From Micavibrio sp. (GTDB lineage Bacteria; Patescibacteriota; Minisyncoccia; Moranbacterales; GCA-2747515), in the NCBI GenBank assembly GCA_020718085.1, contig DYDB01000003.1, forward strand, positions 61,569 through 125,568: 64,000 nucleotides of DNA, in the 5' to 3' direction. The notes under the pieces were generated by a model. It did not search any database. It worked only from the letters and a program-made list of their open reading frames with translations, and had not been told where the DNA came from. The position numbers were made by a program, and so were the translations under genes. Shown here piece by piece: positions 49,627 to 60,518 of the stretch. The stretch's first letter is position 1. Each line of letters begins with the position of its first letter.

Positions 49627-50046
49627 TTATTGGTTTTTTCCATGGTCTTGAAAATATTTTGCATAAACTTGGTCTTCTACCAAAATATGTTGTGTGAGCC
49701 ATGAGCCCATGAAATTTTCAATATCCAAAACAATTTTATTGGCATCAACACCATCCTGAATTTTATCTTTTAACTCATAATATTTATCCACAAAAACATC
49801 GTGCTTCTGTTTATGCGCTTCTACATCAGGATAGGTATTTTCTGTTAAATATCGCTCCTCATACTTAAAATGTTGATCCATGTAATCCTTGAAAAAATGT
49901 ATCATCTCATCCACCACATCATGTGCCGTATCATTGACAATAGCTTCCAGCAATTCATTGATCTTTCCAAAAAGTTGCTTGTGTTGCATGTCCAAAACAT
50001 CATTATGTACCGTCATATCTTCCGTCCATAAAAATTTGATTTCCAT
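49627..50046 (-). CDS. Bacteriohemerythrin
   Basis: W...DMQHKQLF, HFKYEE, HKQKH, WLTQHILVED di-iron ligands. Confidence 0.92.
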   Translation of the reverse strand: MEIKFLWTEDMTVHNDVLDMQHKQLFGKINELLEAIVNDTAHDVVDEMIHFFKDYMDQHFKYEERYLTENTYPDVEAHKQKHDVFVDKYYELKDKIQDGVDANKIVLDIENFMGSWLTQHILVEDQVYAKYFQDHGKNQ

Positions 50047-50124
50047 AAAAATCTTATACGTATTACTTTCTTAGTATATCATATTTAAAAGAATTACTAT
50101 TATCAAAGTTTTTTACTCTATTTT

Positions 50125-52269
50125 TTATACAACCTTTTCAAGTGGTGCGATACTTTTAGCGAGTTTTTTCAAACCGTATTCTTTAAAAACAACGTGAATG
50201 ATCAGATCCGTTTGCCCCACCACAATGCCTACACCAAAAGTCTTGTGTCGTACTTTATCACCATCCACAAACCCAGCATCTTTTTCCGGTTTGTAAAGAA
50301 CGCTTTTTGGCTTTTCTTCTTCTACATTATATGAAGATCTCGAAATTTTTGTGCATTCCTTTTCAAGCAAGTTATCTGGGATGTCCCCCAAAAAACGTGA
50401 TGGAATATTTGCTTGTAATGATCCAAAAAGCAATCTCTGCTGTGTACACAAAAAGTACACCTGTTTTTTTGCACGCGTAATTCCCACGTAGATCAAGCGT
50501 CGCTCTTCTTCCATCTCTTCTTCACTGACCATTGATCGACTATGTGGGATCAAACCCTCCTCTAATCCTGTAATGAAGACTACTGGAAACTCCAATCCTT
50601 TTGCACTGTGCAATGTCATGAGATGCACCATATTCGTATTATGATCGATCCTATCAGTATCACTCGCAAGAGAAATTTCTTCCACAAAAAGACGCATCGC
50701 ATTTTCTATGCCATCATATTTTGTTGCCACAGAAAGAAGTTCTTGTACGTTTTCATGCCGCACCTCACCTTCCATCGTGCCATCCAAAAGCACGCTCTTA
50801 TATCCGCTTTTTTCGTATGTGTGCATGATAATCTCTTCCAATTCATGCGTTTCTGCAAACTTCGTCAACTGATCGATCAATTGACAAAATTTACCAATGG
50901 TCACTTGTTTACTTTTTGCAATATGTGATTTTTGTAAATGCGCACTGCATCCAAATGAAATAGGATCCAACTGCACCGCACGCGATTCATCTAGCCACTG
51001 TGCAAATGTTTTACTACCAATGCCACGTTTTGGCTCAGATGCAGCACGTTCAAGCGACAAAATATCCATATGATTAACGATCAATCGAATATATGCCACC
51101 ATATCCTTCACTTCTTTGCGTTCATAAAATTTGATACCACCAACGATACGATAATTAACCCCGTTTTTCAAAAAAAATTCTTCAATCACACGCGATTGTG
51201 CATTCGTACGATATAACACAACAAAGTCACTTTCTGTGTATCCCTCCACTTTGAGCGCATTAATGCGTGAGACAATATACATCGCTTCTTCACGCTCATC
51301 ATGGGCTTCATATATAAAGAGCTTATTTCCCGAACCGGATTGTGTCCAAATACTTTTATCGCTGCGACCTACGTTGTGTTTGATCACATAGTACGCAGCA
51401 TCGAGAATGTTTTGTGTTGAACGATAATTCTGTTCCAATTTGATCACCGTTGCTTTTGCAAAATCATGTTCAAAATTAAGAATGTTGCTCACATCGGCAC
51501 CACGCCACTTATAAATAGATTGCCAATCATCACCCACGACAAAAATATTCTGATGGACCTTTGTCAACATTTTGATAAGTGTGTATTGTGCATAATTTGT
51601 GTCCTGATATTCATCTACAAGCACAAAATGAAATCTCTCCTGATATTTTTTGAGCACATCCGGATATTCTTTGAAAAGCGCGATCGTCAGCCTGATGAGA
51701 TCATCAAAATCAAGACTGTGATTTTCACGCAGCGTCCGCTGATAATGATCATACACACGTGCAATATTTTCTTCTACATAGTTTTCAATTTGAGTACTGA
51801 ATGCATCCGGGGACAATAGATCATTTTTTGCGCGAGAAATGCTTTCCAAGACGGCACGTGGCGTAAATTGCTGTTTTGACAGATCCAGTTCTTTGAGAAT
51901 TTTTTTTATCAACACAAGTTGATCTTGCTGATCTAAAATTGAAAAAGAGCTATCATAGCCTAAAAAATGAATATCTTCTCGCAAAATCTTCACACACACA
52001 CTGTGAAATGTGCCAATAAGCGGTCGTGCAAATCGTAAATCTATTTGCTGCGCCACACGTATGCGCATTTCTGCAGCCGCCTTATTGGTGAATGTTACAG
52101 CGAGAATTTGCGATGGTGCCACGGCACGCTCACGAATGAGATATGCGATTCGCCGTGTCAGCGCCGTAGTTTTACCTGAACCGGCACCTGCAATCACCAA
52201 AAATGGACCCTTAAATGCCTTAACTGCTTCAATTTGCGGTTGATTTAACCCTTCCAATAATTTTGTCAT
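50125..52269 (-). CDS. pcrA: ATP-dependent DNA helicase PcrA/UvrD
   Basis: AGAGSGKT, VDEYQDTN, VGDDWQSIY, LEQNYRST, TLHSAKGLEF, YVGITRAK. Confidence 0.96.
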   Translation of the reverse strand: MTKLLEGLNQPQIEAVKAFKGPFLVIAGAGSGKTTALTRRIAYLIRERAVAPSQILAVTFTNKAAAEMRIRVAQQIDLRFARPLIGTFHSVCVKILREDIHFLGYDSSFSILDQQDQLVLIKKILKELDLSKQQFTPRAVLESISRAKNDLLSPDAFSTQIENYVEENIARVYDHYQRTLRENHSLDFDDLIRLTIALFKEYPDVLKKYQERFHFVLVDEYQDTNYAQYTLIKMLTKVHQNIFVVGDDWQSIYKWRGADVSNILNFEHDFAKATVIKLEQNYRSTQNILDAAYYVIKHNVGRSDKSIWTQSGSGNKLFIYEAHDEREEAMYIVSRINALKVEGYTESDFVVLYRTNAQSRVIEEFFLKNGVNYRIVGGIKFYERKEVKDMVAYIRLIVNHMDILSLERAASEPKRGIGSKTFAQWLDESRAVQLDPISFGCSAHLQKSHIAKSKQVTIGKFCQLIDQLTKFAETHELEEIIMHTYEKSGYKSVLLDGTMEGEVRHENVQELLSVATKYDGIENAMRLFVEEISLASDTDRIDHNTNMVHLMTLHSAKGLEFPVVFITGLEEGLIPHSRSMVSEEEMEEERRLIYVGITRAKKQVYFLCTQQRLLFGSLQANIPSRFLGDIPDNLLEKECTKISRSSYNVEEEKPKSVLYKPEKDAGFVDGDKVRHKTFGVGIVVGQTDLIIHVVFKEYGLKKLAKSIAPLEKVV

Positions 52270-52332
52270 ATTTGTCCATTGTAACACAATATACGAGAGC
52301 TTAGGAGTCTATACAAAAGACTTTTTTGTGAT

Positions 52333-53982
52333 ATGATACGGGATATGAAAACATCAAAAATATCGTTTTTTTTGAACCAAGCGGCACAAAAAAAAATCTC
52401 TATATATCATATTATTACAACATTTCTTGCAATTATTTCCGTACGTTTTTGCATAGAATTATGGGCAACGTCTTTTACATCGCATGATACGAGCTTTTAT
52501 TTCTTCGGTTTTTTGCATACAACGTTGTTTTTTTATATCATCACCATCTGTTGTGTGTGGCTTTTGGTACGCATTGCAGATCTTCCGATCACACATGCAC
52601 TGACGCTATTTCTCTATGGTTTTCTCTTGGTCATTTTCCCGCCAATTATCGACTATATAATCTCAACTTCTTTTTATAACGGTACACAATTTCTGAGTTA
52701 CTATCTTTTTGATAGTCTGCCTGGACTATGGCACAGTTTTCTCACATTTTTTGGTGATCATCCGCGCGATGGCATCACCTATGGCACACGCACCATCATC
52801 ATTCTCACGATCTTTGCAATGAGCACGATCACATATTATAGTACGAAAAAAATATCGCGTGCATTTTTGATCGCATTTTGTACATACATTGTTTTCTTCT
52901 TTTTTAGTGCGCTTCCGTCCTTTCTAGCTGCTCTCGTCACTGATACGCATGTTACAATAGCAAAACACTCTGTCGCAAGCTTTATTGCGTCACCCACAAA
53001 TATTCTCAACAATCCAATTACACACCCTTTCAATGCGATCGTGACAAAAATGACCCTTGTCTATATATTGATCGCATTAATTCTCACCATAATTGCACTC
53101 TATAAAACACAAAAAGTGAGACTTCTCTCACTTCTCAAGAACGTGCGCCCGATACAATCTCTTTATCACATCGGACTTGTAAGCGTTGGCATGGGTACGG
53201 CAGTTATTTTTGGCAATGGCGTCTTTATACCAAACTTTTTTTCTTTATTGGCGATCCTCATAATTTATTGCGCGGTGATTATCGGTTGGTACGGCACTGT
53301 CGTTTTTAATGATATTGTCGATATTGAGATCGATAAGATCACCAATCCGACGCGACCACTCGTACTCAAAACCATATCTGTACGATCCTATGGTCACATT
53401 GGCGTTGCGTGCACTCTTCTATCACTCTTATTGGTTGCATGCATCAACTACCACGCAACGATAGCGCTGATCTTTTATCACGCATTATCATTTTTATATA
53501 ACACACCACCGCTGCACCTCAAACGTTTCCCTCTTATTGCTACATTTACCGCCTCACTCGCGTCTTTTTGCCTCGTGATCATGGGCTATATCATGATCAC
53601 AGACACACATTCGTTACAACATTTTCCTCCACACATCGCAATTCTTCTTATTACTGCTTACACCATTTCTCTACCTATTAAAGACCTCAAAGATATAGAG
53701 GGTGACAAGAAAAACCGTGTCTATACGATCCCTGTTATTTTTGGAGAAAAGATTGGCAGATTATTGATCGCATGTGGCATTTTCATATCCTTTACTCTCA
53801 GTATCTTTACCTTCAATAACCTATCATTATTGTGGCCGGCATTGCTTGCTGGCACACTGTGTTTTTGGACGCTCATTGGCACGCGACAAAAAAAATTCAT
53901 TTTTGATCCCTATACAAGCGTTGGCATTGTCTTTGTAATCGTATCACTTTTTGCCCTCATCCTCACAATTTCTCTTCTGTAA
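52333..53982 (+). CDS. UbiA-superfamily prenyltransferase with N-terminal membrane extension
   Basis: NDIVDIEIDKITNPTRPL, YNTPPLHLKR, KDLKDIEGDKKNRVYTIP. Confidence 0.85.
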   Translation: MIRDMKTSKISFFLNQAAQKKISIYHIITTFLAIISVRFCIELWATSFTSHDTSFYFFGFLHTTLFFYIITICCVWLLVRIADLPITHALTLFLYGFLLVIFPPIIDYIISTSFYNGTQFLSYYLFDSLPGLWHSFLTFFGDHPRDGITYGTRTIIILTIFAMSTITYYSTKKISRAFLIAFCTYIVFFFFSALPSFLAALVTDTHVTIAKHSVASFIASPTNILNNPITHPFNAIVTKMTLVYILIALILTIIALYKTQKVRLLSLLKNVRPIQSLYHIGLVSVGMGTAVIFGNGVFIPNFFSLLAILIIYCAVIIGWYGTVVFNDIVDIEIDKITNPTRPLVLKTISVRSYGHIGVACTLLSLLLVACINYHATIALIFYHALSFLYNTPPLHLKRFPLIATFTASLASFCLVIMGYIMITDTHSLQHFPPHIAILLITAYTISLPIKDLKDIEGDKKNRVYTIPVIFGEKIGRLLIACGIFISFTLSIFTFNNLSLLWPALLAGTLCFWTLIGTRQKKFIFDPYTSVGIVFVIVSLFALILTISLL

Positions 53983-54768
53983 TATTTCTTGTGTTAAAGA
54001 GATCCATTGTGCGATACTTAATTCTTGTGCACGCACATTCTCTTTGATGGCAACTGCATGCAAAATTGCAACAACATCATCTTTACTTATATGCAATCCA
54101 TTCGCCAAATTATTGGATAGTGTTTTGCGCCGTGCACTGAATCCCATTTTAACGATACGAAAAAGATCCTTTGTGTCAAAATTACTATCTGCATGTTCAT
54201 TTTTCATCGTTAATGTGATCACTGCACTATCCACTGCAGGCACAGGCTCAAAATCTTCGCGCGGTACGGTAAATCCATATGTCACATGTGCATAATATTG
54301 TGCCGCTACGGCAATAATGCTCATCTTTCCAGGCTCTGCGCTCAAGCGTTCCGCCATCTCCTTTTGTACCATGAGCGTTACTGTTTGTGGTGAGCGCTCT
54401 TGTTCAAGAAATAATCGAATGATCGGTGCCGTAATATAATATGGGATATTTGCCACAACTTTATATGTATCATATTGTGCGATCAGTTCATTGATATTCA
54501 TATGTAACACATCACCGTGTACGATCGTCACATTATCAAAGTTTTCAAATCGTTTGTCGAGCGTGGAGATCAATCGATCATCTAATTCGATCGCGATCAC
54601 TTTTTTTGCCCTTTGAGCAAGCACTTCTGTAAGCACGCCCTGCCCTGGTCCGATCTCGATGACCACATCATCTTTCGTGATCGCAGAAAAATCAACGATC
54701 CGTGCAATAACTGCATCGTTTTTCAGAAAATTCTGTCCCAATGATTTTTTGTGTGCAAATTGTGTCAT
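53944..54768 (-). CDS. rsmA: 16S rRNA dimethyladenosine transferase
   Basis: KSLGQNFL, IEIGPGQG, ANIPYYIT, MVQKE. Confidence 0.96.
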   Translation of the reverse strand: MTQFAHKKSLGQNFLKNDAVIARIVDFSAITKDDVVIEIGPGQGVLTEVLAQRAKKVIAIELDDRLISTLDKRFENFDNVTIVHGDVLHMNINELIAQYDTYKVVANIPYYITAPIIRLFLEQERSPQTVTLMVQKEMAERLSAEPGKMSIIAVAAQYYAHVTYGFTVPREDFEPVPAVDSAVITLTMKNEHADSNFDTKDLFRIVKMGFSARRKTLSNNLANGLHISKDDVVAILHAVAIKENVRAQELSIAQWISLTQEILQKRNCEDEGKK

Positions 54769-54845
54769 AACGTATCATCTTATTTTATGTGATCAACAAG
54801 GCACTGTAGCACAAAATTTGCTAGCAATCAAACATTCACCGAAGA

Positions 54846-55325
54846 TCAATATGCGATTTTATCCTCTTTTTGTTCCCATGCATGAAACGCCTCCATCGCT
54901 TCATCGTGAAGCAATTGCTCCATCGGTAATTGCCTCTGCGCTTTATCCAGTGCAAGCTCTTCATAAATGAACTGATCATCAAAGCCGATCGTAGCGGCAT
55001 CCTCTTTGGTATTTGCGTAGTAGACGGCATCGAGATGTGACCAATACACAGCTCCCACACACATCGGACATGGCTCACAATTTGTATACAATACACATCC
55101 CGTGAGATCAAACGTGCCAAGTTTTTCACATGCACACCGGATCGCAACAACTTCTGCATGCATTGTTGGATCATTTTGTGATGTCACCTGATTGTTCCCC
55201 TCCGCAATGATCTCACCATCCTTCACGATCACTGCACCAAATGGTCCACCATCACGATCTTGCATACCCTGTAAAGATAATGCGATTGCCCTTTTCATAA
55301 AAATGTTATGTTGTTCTTGTGTCAT
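54846..55325 (-). CDS. guaD: Guanine deaminase-like nucleoside deaminase
   Basis: GGPFGAVIV, DPTMHAE, CEPCPMC, GFDDQFIY. Confidence 0.88.
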   Translation of the reverse strand: MTQEQHNIFMKRAIALSLQGMQDRDGGPFGAVIVKDGEIIAEGNNQVTSQNDPTMHAEVVAIRCACEKLGTFDLTGCVLYTNCEPCPMCVGAVYWSHLDAVYYANTKEDAATIGFDDQFIYEELALDKAQRQLPMEQLLHDEAMEAFHAWEQKEDKIAY

Positions 55326-55353
55326 AATAATGTGCTAATTAATACAAAATATT

Positions 55354-56325
55354 TTAATCATTCACGATCTCTTCCATCTTCACATTGATCACGCCCGTGC
55401 CAAGCGACGCAATCTTTTCAAATGCCACTTTATCCAAATCGATAATACGCCCGGCAACGAATGGCCCTCTATCGTTAATACGTACGATCACAGATTTTCC
55501 ATTTTCTTGGTTGGTGACACGCGCATAAGAACCAATTGGCATCCACGGATTTGCCGCACTGAGCGTGCCTGTATGTGCATACCACGAGCAACCACCTGTA
55601 TGTTTTTTGCCCACCACGACCTTCGTGCCTTGCACAACAACTTCTGTCACCGGTTCTTTTGTCACCGTTTCGCTTTTAACTTCCCGCGCCACCTCTTCAC
55701 CGTCATGATATGCCACCTCATAAATGATCTCTTTCGCACCATTTTCCCCTTTTTGTTCCGTAAATCGTTTGAGAAAATTTACTGAATCATCTTCACGTTC
55801 TTCTGTTTTATATGAAATTTTTTTTGTCACTGTTTCTTCCTTGATCACCACACGAATAATGGTGGCATCCATATCCGCATACACAAGCGCATCGCGTGAT
55901 GGTTTTATGATATCATTTTTTTCGATCGTCACCCCACTGCGCGTAATTGCATGGATGAGATCATCACGAAATGTTCGCACATCCTTCTCCTCACCATCCA
56001 CAGAAACTTTTACCACATGTTCACGGGTAATTGTGATCACATCCTCATCAAATATTTTTTGATCCATAGGCGGGAAAACGCGATCGGCCTCTGAAATTGT
56101 GGGATCATAATAGGCAATCACATCTGCAACAGTCACGGCTGGAATGTCTTGCAGAGCAATTTTGCGTCCATCATCGCTAACCGTGATCGTGTGCACACTG
56201 ACCGTTTGTGTAAATTGATGCCGTGCACGAAAAAAGATTGCCCACACAATGATGCCCACAATACCGCACAAAATGGCAATAAAAGCCACTTTTTTGATGA
56301 ATTTTACACGCACTCGTCTATGCAT
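55354..56325 (-). CDS. YabE-like protein with DUF348, G5 and RlpA (DPBB) domains
   Basis: G5 QKGENG..EPVTEVVVQGTK; DPBB VRINDRGPFVAGRIIDL. Confidence 0.88.
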   Translation of the reverse strand: MHRRVRVKFIKKVAFIAILCGIVGIIVWAIFFRARHQFTQTVSVHTITVSDDGRKIALQDIPAVTVADVIAYYDPTISEADRVFPPMDQKIFDEDVITITREHVVKVSVDGEEKDVRTFRDDLIHAITRSGVTIEKNDIIKPSRDALVYADMDATIIRVVIKEETVTKKISYKTEEREDDSVNFLKRFTEQKGENGAKEIIYEVAYHDGEEVAREVKSETVTKEPVTEVVVQGTKVVVGKKHTGGCSWYAHTGTLSAANPWMPIGSYARVTNQENGKSVIVRINDRGPFVAGRIIDLDKVAFEKIASLGTGVINVKMEEIVND

Positions 56326-56531
56326 ACTCTCACTATTATATATGAATACACCAAAAAAATATATCCACACACCTTCAAAATTTACAGAAATCATGCCAAA
56401 TCAACAACAAACATTGTGCAAAATTAGAAGTTCGCGTATAAATAAGTTACTGGAAATATTATTCCTCTATGTTTAATTTATTAATGTTTTTAGAAAAGAC
56501 TAAAGCAATACACTTGGGGGGAGAAACAACT

Positions 56532-56963
56532 ATGATACTAGGAACACTACCAAAGGATTTTAATCCGAAATTTGAGGCTGTTGGCAGCTTTGTTCAATAC
56601 AATGGTGAAATAATTTTGTTACATCGACAAGATCATAAGTCGCAAGGAGGAACGTGGGGAATCCCATCAGGGAAAAAAGATGATGGAGAAAATCCGATTG
56701 ATACGGCTTGCCGTGAGACCGCAGAAGAAACAGGAGTGATTATTTCTCGTGATGAAATGAGATTTTTTTCAACAGTTTACGTTAGATTTGCAGATTATGA
56801 TTTTGTCTATCATATGTATCACACTAAGTTGAAAAACAAGCCTAAGATAAAAATCAACGAGCATGAACACAAAGATGCAAAGTGGGTTTCACCAAAAAAT
56901 GCATTGGCTTTACCGTTGATCGAAGACCTTGCTGATTGCATACGATTATTTTTTGACATGTAA
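56532..56963 (+). CDS. NUDIX hydrolase
   Basis: Nudix box GKKDDGENPIDTACRETAEETG; SD GGAG. Confidence 0.9.
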   Translation: MILGTLPKDFNPKFEAVGSFVQYNGEIILLHRQDHKSQGGTWGIPSGKKDDGENPIDTACRETAEETGVIISRDEMRFFSTVYVRFADYDFVYHMYHTKLKNKPKIKINEHEHKDAKWVSPKNALALPLIEDLADCIRLFFDM

Positions 56964-57068
56964 CTCGAAGAGATAAACATAAATTTATCTCTTTTTTAAA
57001 AGCCTTATTTACAATAAGGGGTGTAAAAACAATACTTCAGATATGTCGAAACATTGTGTATTTTTAGA

Positions 57069-57593
57069 TTATTGTGCTATCTTTACAAAATTTATATCAG
57101 ATGGCAGGTCAAACACGGATTCAACCGGCTTCCACACCTCACAAGTGTGACCGTTTATCCTCATGTTTTGAGTTACGCCTTCATAAAGCCCCCTTGTTTC
57201 GATTGTTGATTTTTCTCCCTCTTTTTGATCACTGTACCAAACATAACGAGCATTGTCACTTTCGATTGTATGCATTACTCGACCTTCAGGAAATGCCACT
57301 TCTTGATGTTCACGGTCACCAGATACATACGTAGTAATGGTCATACCCCCTCCCTTACCCACATTGCTCCAAATGCATTTCAAATTCCTTTGTTCAATTT
57401 GTTTTGGAGCGGAAACTGAATCATTTTTTTTATCTGAATCCGCTTTTGTTTTTGATGTTGTTTTTTCATTGGTTACGACACTTTGGTCTGCTCGGTATTC
57501 GAGAGATTTTTCCGGATTCTTTTGATCACTACATCCAGTTAAAAGGAATACACAAAAAATTATAAGGGTACCGGCAAATTTTGAATTATTCAT
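57069..57593 (-). CDS. Hypothetical lipoprotein
   Basis: Lipobox LLTGC; C-terminal CEVWKPVESVFDLPSDINF. Confidence 0.75.
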   Translation of the reverse strand: MNNSKFAGTLIIFCVFLLTGCSDQKNPEKSLEYRADQSVVTNEKTTSKTKADSDKKNDSVSAPKQIEQRNLKCIWSNVGKGGGMTITTYVSGDREHQEVAFPEGRVMHTIESDNARYVWYSDQKEGEKSTIETRGLYEGVTQNMRINGHTCEVWKPVESVFDLPSDINFVKIAQ

Positions 57594-57775
57594 ATTTTTT
57601 TTATTATTTTGATACTGGTTATATTCTATCATTTTTTAAAATAAAATTAAACTCGACACAATCATTTTCATAATATGTACTTTTCATTTTTTATCAGTCC
57701 TTTTATAAGTTTTTAATAATAAAAAGGTTCGCAGCATCAAACTACAAACCTTTTTGCAACGGAATTTTCCGATGT

Positions 57776-57967
57776 TCATTTTCTCTTCTTATATACCAAG
57801 ACAACCTCACTTCTTCGTACTGTCTTGTTGATATTTAGAATATGGTAACTTGGAATAGCAGCGAGGCCATGCGTACCATATTTTTTCTTCATCGTCACAA
57901 TTTCTCCGATCAAACCACAGACACACCCAGAATTATCGCCATGTGTTTTTGCTTCACACTTTTTCAC
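57776..57967 (-). CDS. Small hypothetical protein, start uncertain
   Basis: Open frame extends upstream to about 58012 behind an AGGAG SD but has no ATG there. Confidence 0.35.
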   Translation of the reverse strand: MKKCEAKTHGDNSGCVCGLIGEIVTMKKKYGTHGLAAIPSYHILNINKTVRRSEVVLVYKKRK

Positions 57968-58076
57968 TCTGACACATTTCCCAATGATTTCATCATCCTT
58001 TTTCTTGATCCTGTTTTTCTCCTATCTGTACTGAAAACACGTGGCTGTGTTACACTTTTCTTATATACAAATTTTT

Positions 58077-58487
58077 ATGAGATCATCAACTCACATTATT
58101 ACAAATAGTTCTATCGGGACGCTACTGTATATTTATACCGAAATTACCCCAATACTTTTAATCTTATTCGTGATTTGGGGTGGTCTTCTCATGGATATTG
58201 ACCACATTGTTTTGTTTATGACGAAATACAAACTTTTTACTTTAAAGAAGTGGATCGAAATAACAAGAACTTTATATAAAAAACGACAAGCAGAATTATA
58301 TATTTTTCATTCTCCAGAATTTCATATAGTTTTGATCGTTTTGTCATTTTTTCATGAATTGTTCTTGTGGATACTATTAGGGTCCGCAATACACATAATG
58401 TTGGATATTCTCTCTCATTACCATTATCACAAAAATTTTCGTTTTCTCTTAGTGTGGAGCTTATTCTATCACATCACAAGAAATTAA
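58077..58487 (+). CDS. Membrane-bound metal-dependent hydrolase-like protein
   Basis: TH, DIDH, FHSPE, HIMLD motifs. Confidence 0.65.
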   Translation: MRSSTHIITNSSIGTLLYIYTEITPILLILFVIWGGLLMDIDHIVLFMTKYKLFTLKKWIEITRTLYKKRQAELYIFHSPEFHIVLIVLSFFHELFLWILLGSAIHIMLDILSHYHYHKNFRFLLVWSLFYHITRN

Positions 58488-58499
58488 TGGATTTTCGAC

Positions 58500-60017
58500 T
58501 TACTTCGGACGATATTGCAATGCTTCGGCAATGTGTTTTATTGCAATTTGTTCATCTCCGTCCAGATCCGCAATTGTACGAGCTAATTTGATCATACGAT
58601 AGTATGCACGCGCACTCAGATCCAGTCTTTCTGCCGCGTCTCTCAGTAATTTTTTTGAGGGTGCATCCAATATACAATATTTCTTGAGTAGTTGTTGATC
58701 CATCTCTGCGTTGATGGCACCTGTTGTTGCAAAACGCTTGCGCTGCATCTCACGCGCACGCTCCACGCGTGCTCTGATATGCACACTTTCTTCACTGTAG
58801 TCTTCCCCATCCAATTTATTTACCGAGATCCGTGGCACATCTACATGCATATCAATACGATCCAAGATCGGTCCGGAGATCTTTTGTGTGTAGCGAATGA
58901 CCTGTGACGGTGTGCATGTGCATTCTTTTTGTGGATCGGTCGCAAATCCGCACGGACACGGATTCATCGCAGCTACAAGGATGAAGTTTGCTGGAAATGT
59001 CACAGATGATTTTGCACGTGCGATCGTCACGATGCCGTCTTCCAATGGTTGCCGCAGATTTTCCAATACGGCACGGGGAAATTCCGCGAACTCATCGAGA
59101 AAAAGGACGCCGCGATGTGCAAGTGTAATTTCGCCCGGCTTGGGATTTGTACCGCCGCCAATGAGTGAAACGGCAGATGAGCTATGGTGTGGTGAACGAA
59201 ATTGACGGTCCATGATCAATTGTTTTTCACCGGAAAGCAATCCAGCGACAGAATAGATCTTTGTAATATCGAGAATTTCTTTTTTGGACAGGCGTGGCAA
59301 GATCGTGACAAATGTCTTGGCAAGTAATGTCTTCCCGGATCCCGGCGGTCCATGAAAGATCACATTATGTCCACCGGCAGCGGCAATTTCCAATGCGCGC
59401 TTTGCATGTTCGTGTCCTTTGATATATTTGAAATCATGTGAACTTGTGATAAAATTTTTATATGTATCGGTTTCAATATTCACTGCAGATGAGATCTTTT
59501 CTTGCCCGTTCAAATGAAAAACGAGTTGTCGCAAGTTTTGTATCGGGATCACTTCAATACCATCTACAACAGTTGCTTCTTGCACATTTTTTTCGGGCAC
59601 ATAAATTGCCGTAAACCCTTGTTCTCTGGCAAAAAGCACGATCGGCAATACGCCATTGATCGACCGTACGGTACCGTCCAAAGCCAACTCTCCCACGAAC
59701 ATATTTTTGCGCGTATCACAGGCAAGCTGTCCTGTTGCACACAAAAAGCCGATTGCAATCGGCACATCGTAGATCGGACTGGATTTTTGCAGGTCAGCAG
59801 GTGCCAAATTTACTGTGATCCGTCCGCATTGATGCGGTGGTTTGAAACCGCAATTTTTCACCGCGCTTGATACACGATCGCGCGATTCCTTAACTGCCGT
59901 ATCAGGCAACCCCACAAGAGTAAAGTTATGTAATCCGCTACTAAGCACGTCCACTTCAATTTCAACGACCGCTCCCGCAAGACCGATTGTTGCTGCCGAG
60001 ATGATTTTCGAAGGCAT
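58500..60017 (-). CDS. comM: YifB/ComM Mg-chelatase-like AAA+ ATPase
   Basis: VGLPD.AVKES, VNLAPAD, GPPGSGKT, FRSPHHS, AAMNPCPCG, SGPILDRID. Confidence 0.95.
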   Translation of the reverse strand: MPSKIISAATIGLAGAVVEIEVDVLSSGLHNFTLVGLPDTAVKESRDRVSSAVKNCGFKPPHQCGRITVNLAPADLQKSSPIYDVPIAIGFLCATGQLACDTRKNMFVGELALDGTVRSINGVLPIVLFAREQGFTAIYVPEKNVQEATVVDGIEVIPIQNLRQLVFHLNGQEKISSAVNIETDTYKNFITSSHDFKYIKGHEHAKRALEIAAAGGHNVIFHGPPGSGKTLLAKTFVTILPRLSKKEILDITKIYSVAGLLSGEKQLIMDRQFRSPHHSSSAVSLIGGGTNPKPGEITLAHRGVLFLDEFAEFPRAVLENLRQPLEDGIVTIARAKSSVTFPANFILVAAMNPCPCGFATDPQKECTCTPSQVIRYTQKISGPILDRIDMHVDVPRISVNKLDGEDYSEESVHIRARVERAREMQRKRFATTGAINAEMDQQLLKKYCILDAPSKKLLRDAAERLDLSARAYYRMIKLARTIADLDGDEQIAIKHIAEALQYRPK

Positions 60018-60086
60018 GAGTAAAATATAAAAAAATTACCCGACGCAGTCATTAAATCATAAATTGATACGGTACAAATGTCAATT

Positions 60087-60518
60087 TCATTTTTTGATCG
60101 TATGAAAAAGCAAAAGTCCGGCACCTACTGTGATCAAAACATCCGCAAAGTTAAAAGATGATATATGTAAAAAGGGCACATAATCGACCACGCAACCATA
60201 TCGTACACGATCGATCACATTACCCACTGCTCCCGCAAAAATACACACAAATGGAAGTTGCACAAAAAACCTCTCAAAGATCACCCCTCGCCAAAAAAAT
60301 CCCAAGGCAACCACGATCCCAATCCATAAAATAATAAAAAAAATTGATGGCAATCGCACACCAAAGGCAATTCCCTCATTGCACAAGTATGCAATATGTC
60401 CCACAACAAATTGTTTGATCAACTGATCTGTAACAACAAGGATAAAGAAAACACCGATCCCACACAAAAATGTGTGAAATCGATGTTTGTGCGCATGTTG
60501 TCCATTAAGCGCGAACAT
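60087..60518 (-). CDS. lspA: Lipoprotein signal peptidase II
   Basis: DQLIK, NEGIAFG, GAVGNVIDR..GCVVDY, FNFAD. Confidence 0.9.
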   Translation of the reverse strand: MFALNGQHAHKHRFHTFLCGIGVFFILVVTDQLIKQFVVGHIAYLCNEGIAFGVRLPSIFFIILWIGIVVALGFFWRGVIFERFFVQLPFVCIFAGAVGNVIDRVRYGCVVDYVPFLHISSFNFADVLITVGAGLLLFHTIKK

